From positions 90,381-154,380 of the forward strand of contig NIVC01002632.1 in the NCBI GenBank assembly GCA_002269645.1: a stretch of 64,000 nucleotides of DNA, in the 5' to 3' direction. The DNA comes from Macrostomum lignano. Lineage: Eukaryota. Positions 1 through 9,642 of this stretch are shown here, in pieces. A model generated the notes under the pieces. It worked only from the letters and a program-made list of their open reading frames with translations, had not been told where the DNA came from and made no database searches. The translations under genes and the position numbers were made by a program. Position 1 is the first letter of the stretch, and the number at the start of each line of letters is the position of its first letter.

Positions 1-1382
1 CCTGGGGTCCTGCTGGGGTCGTTGAAGCCCGGGCCGCCATTGGCGCCGCCGAAGCCGCCGTTGTTGAAGCCGGACGCGGAGTTTGTGCCGTTGACGCCCG
101 CCTGGCCGGGAGCGCCTGGAGATGCAAGACGGAGAATGGCCTTGAAACTTTTATTAACGCACGAAGTGTTTTCCGTGCAAAGTTACTGAGCACAGCTCCA
201 AAGCTTTCACTTGCCGCTTCTTGACAAAGACGCCCCGCCGCCGCCTCCCGCGGCGACCAGAAGGCGACCGCCGACGCCGCCGACGAACACGAAGCTGCCG
301 CCGCCGCCGCCGCCTGCTCCGCAGTTGCGGTCGACGGCCAGTCCGCCGGCCTGACCGACCACAATCGACAGCCGGACGCCGGCAGTCAGGTTGAAGCGGC
401 CCGACATCGAGGCTCCGCTGCCGCCAGCTGTGCCTGCGAAGCTGTTGGAGCCGCCTGCAGCGCCCCGGGCCTCGATTCGGTAGCAGCCGGTCAGCTCGAC
501 TGTCAGCTGCTGGATGGAGCCGTTGCGGCCCGAGCTCGAGTCTGTGAGTCAGTGAGGGTCAGCGGCGTCAGCTGAGTTGCTGTGAGAATGAGCTGGCATG
601 AGAATGAGCTGGCATGAGAATGAGCTGGCATGAGAATGAGCTGGCATGAGAATGAGCTGGCATGAGAATAAGCTGGCATGAGAATGAGCTGGCATGAGAA
701 TGAGCTGGCATGAGAATGAGCTGGCATGAGAATGAGCTGGCATGAGAATGAGCTGGCATGAGAATGAGCTGGCATGAGAATGAGCTGGCATGAGAATGAG
801 CTGGCATGAGAATGAGCTGGCATGAGAATGAGCTGGCATGAGAATGAGCTGGCATGAGAATGAGCTGGCATGAGAATGAGCTGGCATGAGAATGAGAACT
901 TGGGACTGGTCTCACTTGAGAACTCGTGCGTGATGTTGAGCCTCCTCGACTCGATGATGCTGTCGATGTCGACCGCCTTCCACACCTCGGCGCCGGCCTC
1001 GGATCCCAGCGACCTCCACGCGTGACTGCGCGGCGGTCCAGCAGTCCGCGAGGCGTCCTCGACGAAGAGCAGCTGGCAGACGCGGCTGGCCCGCAGCAGG
1101 CTGACTGCCGCACAGCGCCTCGACCAGCAGCTGAGCAGGCAGTCTTGGATGGAGGCTGAGCTGGGCTCGCTGATGATGAGGCTGCTGACGGTCGGATCGA
1201 GCAGGACTGGGCCGGAGGAGTTGATGAAGCTGCTGCAGCTGGCGAGCGCCTGTGCGAAGGAGGCTGGGACTAGTAAGGCGGGTTTGGGATGAGCGGCTGC
1301 GTGAGGGAAGCTGGGACTGGCGGAGCGGGTTTGAAAGCTCACCTGAGATGATAATAAAACCAATGACCGCAGATTCCAGCAT
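1..1382 (-). CDS. Secreted protein: signal peptide + PAN/apple-like Cys module + ALK/LTK-type glycine-rich domain (3' end beyond window)
   Basis: Exons 1382-1343, 1263-916, 541-215, 115-<1 splice in phase (1,1,1). Product starts MLESAVIGFIIISASFAQALASC (signal peptide), then CLLSCWSRRCAAVSLLRASRVCQL (PAN-like Cys spacing), then EFSNSSSGRNGSIQQLTVELTGCYRIEARGAAGG...GASMSGRFNLTAGVRLSIVVGQAG...GGGGGGSFVF...LLVAAGGGGGAS, which matches the ALK/LTK Gly-rich domain pattern. Confidence 0.8.
585..898. repeat. 16-bp minisatellite (GAGAATGAGCTGGCAT)n, about 20 copies, in intron 2 of the Gly-rich gene
   Basis: Directly visible near-perfect tandem array between donor 915 and acceptor 542. Confidence 0.95.
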
Positions 1383-1949
1383 TGCTTCAGAATTAGTTAA
1401 TCTTTTTCTGCCTACGAAATTGCAACTCTAAAATATGCTCTCTCGGGCTTGTTGTTTCCAAATCCTTCACGTCAACCAAAAGCAGATGTATGAACTGAGA
1501 GTGATGGCTTTTATGCACTTCGCTATTTCGGCTCGTAATGAGGTTGTGAAGAAAATTTGATGAGATGGATACGGCTGCAGACATTGTTTGATGGGAGAGA
1601 TGAGTTCACACGCAGCTGCAGTGTCAGATGAGTGATATGACATGCACCTGTCGATTTTGCATTGCCTCACTCTTGTGATTCTTTATCATTTTTTGTCGTA
1701 AAATTGCAGTATTGAAGAAAGAAGCTAGGTATAGACCTTGTAAAGTTCAATGCAATTACAATTAGAACACCAACCCCATCCTCCCGTTCCCACACCCCAA
1801 TCCCAAACCTCCAGCAGTCCCCATCCTCAGAGTCCTATCCTAATTCTTATTATCTCATCACATCTTCCTATAGCTGCTTATCCTCATCATAGATAAAGTT
1901 TTGCGAAATTTCAATACCAATAAATGAAAATAAAAAAGAACCTTATATG

Positions 1950-3100
1950 GCTACTTGTGTCCTGCAAATAGCGATGAAATTCACTCCAAGTCCAAGAGCT
2001 CTTATCAATAGAAGGCGCTGTGTTGAAGAGGGCCGAATTGTGGGGCGCCGTCTTGGGGGGACACTTTGTTGTGGATGTGCTCGCATTGGCATTTCCACCC
2101 GCCCTATGAAGTATGATCAGACCAGGCCTACGAGCTAAAAGGTCTGCGATCCTACACACCCGCACCCCCTCAATTCTGGTGCAGGAATGGCAAGAGAACT
2201 CTCTCCAAGCTGACTCACAAGCCGACTCAGGGGTTCACGTCCCACATGTGATCAAGGCAGCTCTAGGGCTGCTGGACTGCCTCGGCTGCGGCGGCGGCAG
2301 CCCATCCGTGGCCTCAGAGCTTCTGTCTTGAGACGTATTGGGTTTAGCCTGGAAGTGCACCTGTGCGTATCAGGTGCCTCTGCTCTGAGGAACAAGCATC
2401 ACCCTCTCTGACCTAACAGGGGTATGCGGCCAGACCGCAGGCTCCGGAGACCGCCTTCCTGTCTCTTTCAAGGTAAGATCCCAAATATCCCTGTTAGTTT
2501 TGACCGTTTTCATGACCCTCAAAACGCTAGAGCAGCCATATTAGATCATGTCTACCCTCCTAAAAGCTTGGCACAGACCGGACCTGTCTAACCTCTCTGT
2601 GTCATTCAATCCAATCATTCAATCGACACGGTTGGTGCTTAACCGCTTAGGCACCCCCAACAAGGTGCCCGTAACGTGGATCCCCGGGCACTCGCGGGCC
2701 AACCCAGGCTGGCGCTTGACTGGATCTTTTACTGCCCCACCCCCTCGCCGTTGTCACCACTTGGATCAACCAGTGGGTGGCATTAAAGCACAGGGAGAGG
2801 TGGGCTAACGCTCCCGACTGCCGGCAATCCCGCGCGACTGTCCCCTGTCCAGCTTCCCCCGCCCTCTGCAGGGCCCTGCTTGGGCTCAACCACAAGGACA
2901 TCAGAGCGGAGACCATGGCCCTCTAGGGTCACGGCTGTTTTGTCAGGCATCGTCACTTCCAGGGATAAATTAACAATGAGGAATGCAGATTCTGCCTCTT
3001 TGGCGTTAAGAATGCGAAGCACTTCATCTGTGAATGCCCCGCCTTTACTCAGGATACTGGATAGCCTCACCTACCTCGGCCCCAACCCGGATCTTCCTAA
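1950..3100 (+). mobile_element. Decayed non-LTR retrotransposon 3' fragment (RT C-terminus, RNase H, CCHC finger; I/LOA-like)
   Basis: VLNRLGTPNKVPVTWIPGHS (RNase H WIPGH motif, about 2630-2695) and EECRFCLFGVKNAKHFICECPAF (C-terminal CCHC knuckle, about 2975-3050), broken by frameshifts and stops. Confidence 0.75.
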
Positions 3101-3688
3101 CAACGTTCTCAGGCCCTCTTGTGTCTCTTTTTCAGCAACCTTTTCTGTAATCGCCTCTCGCCTCGCTTGTCTGTCATCTCTCTCATGTCTCTCTTCTCTT
3201 CCATAAAATGATCCGCTGTCATTTGCTAAATTTTTCATCTGGTCCGTGAGATAAAAAAGTTTGCCGACCTCTCTGGTTTAAACTTTAAAGACTGGGGCAA
3301 GAATTAGGGGGAGCTGTACACTAAAATTGGCTAAGTAACCCCCACCCACCCCAACTGCGCGTACATTTGGGGGGGGGGTCGGGTGGGGTAGGGTTTCGAG
3401 AACGCCCCAACACACAGATAAGAATTGGGGCTATTGCCAATCGGGGGTTGACCGATGATTCATTCATAGCAGAGAGAGAGAGAGAGAGAGGAATGAGAGA
3501 GAAAGAGAGAACCGAATGGCCTGTGCGGAACACTTTGTAAATTAGAAAAGGTAAATATAGACTTAGAGCTTTATAAAACAGGCGGCAGGGCCACGACCCA
3601 CGAGACGGGACACTCTTGCTAACTAATAGCAAAGATTAAAAGCGAGATTTTTGTTCATATATTTGAACTCGCCATCGGCCGATCCAAA

Positions 3689-6600
3689 ATGGCAAACTCT
3701 TGCACCGGACTGCTTTCGTGAGTTTAAAAATCGAAATAATATAATAAATGTATCCAAATAATATTTTTAGTGCTATTTATACGTGTGCAAAGATTATTAA
3801 TTAAAGTAAATATTAAATAATCTCACTCAATATTATCTAGCTTAAGTGCATCTGCGCTGATCGTACTCCTAATAGTCATGGAACACTTGACTAGGGATTC
3901 AATGGCCAGCGCTATGGCGGTAACTAAGGGCAACGAGGAGACGTTCGAATATTTTATGTTTAGCCAAGAGTGGCCGTACACTTTCTGCACTGAGAATGAG
4001 CCGAGTGTAAGTCATGGGCTCTGATTTGTCCTCTGCCTCTGTCATTTATCCTCTACCTCTTTTCATTTGTCCTCTGCCTCTGTCATTTATCCTCTACCTC
4101 TTTTCATTTGTCCTCTGCCTCTTGTCATTTGTCCTCTGCCTCTTTTCATTTGTCCTCTGCCTCTGTCATTTGTCCTCTGCCTTTTGTCATTTGTCCTCTG
4201 CCTCTTTTCATTTGTCCTCTGCCTCTGTCATTTATCCTCTGCCTCTTTTCATTTGTCCTCTGCCTCTGTCATTTATCCTCTGCCTCTTTTCATTTGTCCT
4301 CTGCCTCTGTCATTTATCCTCTACCCCTACCTCTTTTCATTTGTCCTCTGCCTCTGTCATTTATCCTCTACCTCTTTTCATTTGTCTTCTGCCTCTGTCA
4401 TTTATCCTCTACCTCTTTTCATTTGTCCTCTGCCTCTGTCATTTATCCTCTACCCCTACCTCTTTTCATTTGTCCTCTGCCTCTGTCATTTATCCTCTAC
4501 CTCTTTTCATTTGTCCTCTGCCTCTGTCATTTATCCTCTACCTCTTTCATTTGTCCTCTGCCTCTGTCATTTATCCTCTGCCTCTTTTCATTTGTCCTCT
4601 GCCTCTGTCATTTATCTTCTACCTCTTTCATTTGTCCTATGCCTCTTGTCATTTATCCTCTACCTCTTTTCATTTGTCTTCTACCTGGGTGACAGCCCAG
4701 GTTCGTACAGAAAGAAATGTTCGGACAATACTACAATAATAAACAATATTATCTGCTTACATTTTAGTGCAACAACACAGATAAACTTGTGCCAATTTTT
4801 AACATTCACGGACTTTGGTATGTTTATAAAATAATCCTAACAATTACCAATTGGACTAGCCTAATACTTAAAAACTGATTGGATTAAATGGTGATTAATA
4901 TTCACTTTCAGGCCTGAGAAGGTCAAAGGAGATTGTCAGGGAGAATTCAACTATTCCCAACTGAAGGTACACTTAGCAAGACTTAGGTAGATTTAAACAA
5001 AAAATCAAACCATTAATTAATATTCATTCGATCTATGCATGCTTTGATTTTGCAGCCAGTGGAATCCCAACTCAGAAAGTATTGGATGGATCTATTAAAT
5101 CCACGAGGAAATCCTAAGGATTTCTGGTAAGTTACACCGGATTCTGGAATAATAGAATTGCAATTAATTGCAATTAGTTTAATGTGGGTGTTGGATGCAG
5201 GGTGATTGGAGACAATGGGGTTAAGAGAGTGAATGTGGTTGAGAGTGAATGTGGTTGAGAGTGAATGTGGTTGAGAGGGTGAATGTGGGTGAATAGCTTA
5301 ACTGTGAAACAGGCGCTTGACCCAGTTAGTGCAATGCAAGTTGCCTGCATAAAATTAGGGGGGGGGTGTCTGAGAATCTCCCAAATATTCAAGCCGAAAT
5401 TTTGCAAGCACAAATTGTGCCTCCACATTTGCAGGAACCATGAGTACACCAAGAACGGCAGGTGCGCCAGCGTTGACTCCAGATTTAATAGCACACTGAA
5501 GTACTTCCAGTCTGCCCTCTCCATCTATCTGAAGTACAATGTGACTCAGTGAGTGGAGATGGGCTGAGACTTTACAGTTGATAAAACTAATGAGGCTGGC
5601 ATGTAAGGTTAGATATTGAAAAGACGGCATTTAGAGTGACGGACATTACAAGAGATTGGTATTTGGAGAGATGGATGGACATTACAGAGGACTGGCATTT
5701 AGAGAGATGGACATTACAAGAGATTGGCATTTAGAGAGATGGACATTACAGGGGACTGGTATTTAGAGAGATGGACATTACAGGGGACTGGCATTTAGAG
5801 GATGGACATTACAAGACTGGCATTTAGAGAGATGGACATTACAGGGGACTGGTATTTAGAGAGATGGACATTACAGGGGACTGGCATTTAGAGGATGGAC
5901 ATTACAAGACTGGAATTTAGATAGCTACTGATAATAAAATGAGAATTACAAATTTGCATTCATTTACAAATTTTCGTTAACAATTACATGTAGTTACTCA
6001 ATATTATTTAACATCAATTTTAGATTTCTAAAGAGTGCCGGCATAGTCCCTGGATCGACATCTTATAAGGTACGAAAAATGCCATTTATGTTGAATTATT
6101 TGTTGCGCTATTTGTTGCGCAGGGCACGGTGTAAAAATTTTTTAATATAATCCCCAATAAAAATTTCAGGCCTCAAAAATAGTTGAAGCCGTCAATAGCG
6201 CCTTTGGTTACAAGCCAGAAATTGATTGCTTTGCACCTGGAAAAAAGCACGTGAGTAAGAAGCACGTGAGCAGAACACATGCCGAGATGAACTGTCATGA
6301 CTCAGGAATAATTCATTTACAGTTGACAGTTTTCAAATTTCGATTTTCGATTTAGCCGATGCAAATCTTTAGGCGCTTTTAGGCGCTATACTATACACGA
6401 GACTACGAGAGAGGCGCCATACTGAGCAAACTGAGGGCGGTGAGGACCTTTTAAGTCCAATTAATCAACCCAGTCATACATGCTCAACTTTGAAATTTCA
6501 CCCGGCCGTGCGACGTACTCGTACCTATGAAAGAAACCCTAGAGCAAAAAATTACGTATTTTTGGGTAGACGGCAGGAGTAACGGTAACTGTACTATTAC

Positions 6601-7159
6601 GGTAACATGCCTCGTCATCTAATTAGTAATACGTCTATTTTTCGGTTGTGCGTTTTTTCGACTTACCTTGGCCAGACCTCCGAGAAAAGATGTATGAACC
6701 GATTGCAGAGAAAACTCGGTTTGTTATCCAGGAGACCTTTCTGGACCAGCCTCTACATGTACGAGTAGTCTCCTGGACAGCTGTACTCGTAATTCGACCT
6801 TGAACTGTTATGTTATTTTTCAGGGCGAGAAATCGAAACCAGCCTACTTGGCAGAGCTCCGCATCTGCTTTTCAAAGGACCTCACACCCAGAGAATGCGA
6901 ATCGTCCGGCAGAGAGGTGCCGCAGCCTCGGCACAGTGCTCACACCCTCTACTACGATCCCGAACTTCCCCGATCCTTCCACCGTGAAGCTGAAGCGAAC
7001 GTTTACAGTCCGATAAAAATGTCCAGAAGTGTGAAAAATCTGATCGCGTCCTGGATTGAGACTGAGAGACCAACTGCAGTTAGCGAGAGAAAGCGTATTT
7101 GGACTTCTCCGTGCAAAGATGATGAAGACGTCCAGCTGCCGGAAAAGCTCAATTACTGA
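3689..7159 (+). CDS. RNASET2: Ribonuclease T2 family protein, 9 exons
   Basis: Exons 3689-3717, 3841-4006, 4768-4817, 4912-4966, 5056-5126, 5435-5548, 6024-6069, 6170-6250, 6824-7159, all GT-AG and phase-consistent. Contains a hydrophobic N-terminus, FEYFMFSQEWPYTFC, CAS I FNIHGLWP, YWMDLLNP...KDFWNHEYTKNGRCA (CAS II), FLKSAGIVPG, AVNSAFGYKPEIDC and YLAELRICFSKDL. Confidence 0.92.
4020..4684. repeat. Pyrimidine-rich composite minisatellite (TCATTTGTCCTCTGCCTC / TCATTTATCCTCTACCTC variants) in RNase T2 intron 2
   Basis: Tandem variants visible; source of ORFs 4014-4739, 4067-4834 and 4108-4692. Confidence 0.9.
5635..5915. repeat. About 32-bp minisatellite (GGACATTACAGGGGACTGGCATTTAGAGAGAT) in RNase T2 intron 6
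   Basis: About 9 tandem variant copies. Confidence 0.9.
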
Positions 7160-8254
7160 GTTGAAATCGTCTTAGTTACGTGTCATTTATAATAATTTTA
7201 TATTTCTAGGAAAAACAATATATAATATATAAATTATATATATTATAATATGTTATATTATATATTATATATATTTCTAGGAAATTAACCTAAAGATTAC
7301 ACGATCTTTGAGTTTTACGTACTGTTATACTACAGTGGTCCTTGGTCGCTCACTTAGTTTGGAGTGAAAGCCACAATGATGGCAAGGGGTCACGCCCCCA
7401 ATAAACTGTTGCCAATTTTAGCAGTTTCCCAACAACTGGATGAGAATTACAACTGTGCTACTTCTAACTTAACATCAGTAGTAAAAGAAGAATTTCTTTC
7501 CTCAATATTAATTAACCTCAATAAAATACATTATCATAAGACAGGACCGAGTTTTTTTTACACAAGAACAGCTCCTAAGATCATGATTTTTTTCTTAATT
7601 TTCTGATTTCGGTGTGAAGGGTAAATAGTTCCGTTGGAAGAAAAATTATCATAGTGGTGTTTTCAAATGCGTATTGCGTGATTGTACAATAATTAATTCA
7701 AACAACTGATTTGTAATTTATTGCGGTTTTTAAATAATAAATGTCCTGTTTAATTGTGTGCCACTTTCCTATGTACATACATTATTATTATTACTAAGTG
7801 ATTAACATTGAAAAACAGATAATAAACTTACAAATTTGAAATTCCTTATATTATCATTATAATCAAATATTTAAACTCGTGGAATCGAAAGTTTGTTTAT
7901 TTTAATTTTGTTTTAACGATACAACTCTAAAAAGAATTAACAGATTTACAATTTTACAACGTTAACAGCAAGTCAATGCAAAAACTTATGTTATGCTACC
8001 AGGTAGCTGTAGCTAAAAATATAGCTAGGTCTAATATTACAAAACTGCGAATTAGTCACGTGACGCACTTGATCACGTGACAATTCATTTTACACGCGGA
8101 AACAATATAATTTATTTAGTCACGTGAAAAAAATTTATCAACAGTCGCAAATCACGTGACTAGGCACTTGCACCACACGTACTCAAGATGAAAAAATTTA
8201 AACAAAATTTTATATAATTAAGCCTGGTGCCTGAGGTCACGTGATGCTGCTCAA

Positions 8255-9356
8255 TTAAGTAGCCAGCTTTGCCTCTAGTTCAGCGTACTCGGCTTCTAAA
8301 CGAGCCACCTCTTGGAGAAATCTTCGTCCACCCTGGCGGCTTTATTGCGCACCTCTTCCATGTACTCGCGCCAGACAGCCTCGCGCTGGGCGCGCCCTTC
8401 TCGCAAAACGGCTGGAATTGGCGCCGTCGTGGATGGCGCCGGCGCTTCGGTTGGTAGCGCGGCCAGGAATCGGCGCTCGCGGTCGCTGATCTCGGCGCAT
8501 CTGCGGGTTGGTATAACGAGTGGATTTAAAACTGAATTCGATGGCTTGTTAGAGAGCCTGGATACGAGCCTCAGTAAACATCTCGAAACTGTCAGTAAGC
8601 ATGTCAAAAACCTGTCAGTAAACATCTAAATAACTCTCAGTAAACATCTCAAAACTCTCAGTAAACATCTCAAGACTGTCAGCAAACATCTCAAAAACTG
8701 TCAGTAAACATCTCGAAACTGTCAGTAAGCATGTCAAAAACCTGTCAGTAAACATCTAAATAACTCTCAGTAAACATCTCAAAACTGTCAGTAAACATCT
8801 AAATAACTCTCAGTAAACATCTCAAAACTGTCAGTAAACATCTTAAAACTGTCAGTAAACATCTCAAAAACCTGTCAGCAAACATCTCAAAAACCTGTCA
8901 GCAAACATCTCAAAAACTGTCAGCAAACATCTCAAAAACTGTCAGCAAACAGCTAAATGTAAAAAACCTGTCAGCAAACATCTCAAAAACCTGTCAGCAA
9001 ACATCTCAAAAACTAAACAACCTACTAAGCACCACCACTGTTAATCGCATGCTAATAGCTACTAACTTATTCAGCGCAGCGCCGCAAGCCTCTTTAAAAG
9101 CGGCAAGATTAGCTGACAACAAATCGCAGGTGGCAGGCGCAGTGCTGTCAGTCAAGGTAGTCAGGTCAGCGGCAGATTTATTTAACAGATTAGCGGACTC
9201 TTCCATGCCGCCACGACGACCTTCCAGATGCACCAGCTCCCCAGACAGGACACTGTGGTGGGCGAACAGCCGGTCAAAAAGGCGACCAGCGCTGGCCAGT
9301 GACTGCTGCTGATGCTGCTGCTGCAGCTGCTGCTGTATGAGCTGCTGGTGAGACTC
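8255..9356 (-). CDS. BLOC1S5: BLOC-1 complex subunit 5 (muted) homolog; first exon not located; apparent 1-nt frameshift near the 3' end
   Basis: Exons 9356-9067 and 8490-8255. LFDRLFAHHSVLSGEL, TAPATCDLL and VWREYMEEVRNKAARVDEDFSK align by eye with human IHSRLLDHRPVIQGET, TLPKCRDTM and QWDNFMKEQPNKRAEVDEEHRK. An alternative frame continues VARLEAEYAELEAKLAT*, matching human MERLKEQYAEMEKDLAK. Confidence 0.8.
8565..9012. repeat. About 21-22-bp minisatellite (CAGTAAACATCTCAAAAACTGT) in the BLOC1S5 intron
   Basis: Tandem variant copies between acceptor 8491 and donor 9066. Confidence 0.9.
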
Positions 9357-9453
9357 CTGAAAGTTAGTTTGGTTGATGAAAGTTGAGGCAAAAGTCTCTG
9401 ACACTATATTTTATTAGGAATAGACTTTAAGCATTAACTTAGTATAACAACAA

Positions 9454-9642
9454 GGGGGGCCGTAGCCCAGCGGTCTAGCGCAGGCTCTGGTGTGCCAGCG
9501 ACCCAGGCTCGATTCCAAGTGCAGTCACATTAATTTGGGGCTGAATTGGAATCTCGGCTTGGCTCTGCTCGTGCAATTAACGGCCTTGAGAGCCAACCCC
9601 CCAAGGCGCAGTGAAGTGTACATGCCTAACGATAAAATAAAG
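9454..9642 (+). mobile_element. tRNA-derived SINE, family A
   Basis: A box TAGCCCAGCGG, B box GGCTCGATTCC, body GTGCAATT..GGCC.TGAGAGCCAA...GTACATGCCTAACGA shared with 18702-18820, A-rich end. Confidence 0.7.

Noticed and set aside
503-1113. ORFs with repeated LMPAHSHASSFSCQLI
   Set aside because: Translation of the 16-bp intronic minisatellite; the real gene splices across it.
3170-3275. GGTCCGTGAGATAAAAAAGTTTGCCGACCTCT, resembling a hAT/Charlie MITE right end
   Set aside because: No matching left end or TSD found.
4014-4834. Three long hydrophobic ORFs
   Set aside because: Repeat-derived and inside RNase T2 intron 2; only 4768-4817 is a real exon, in another frame.
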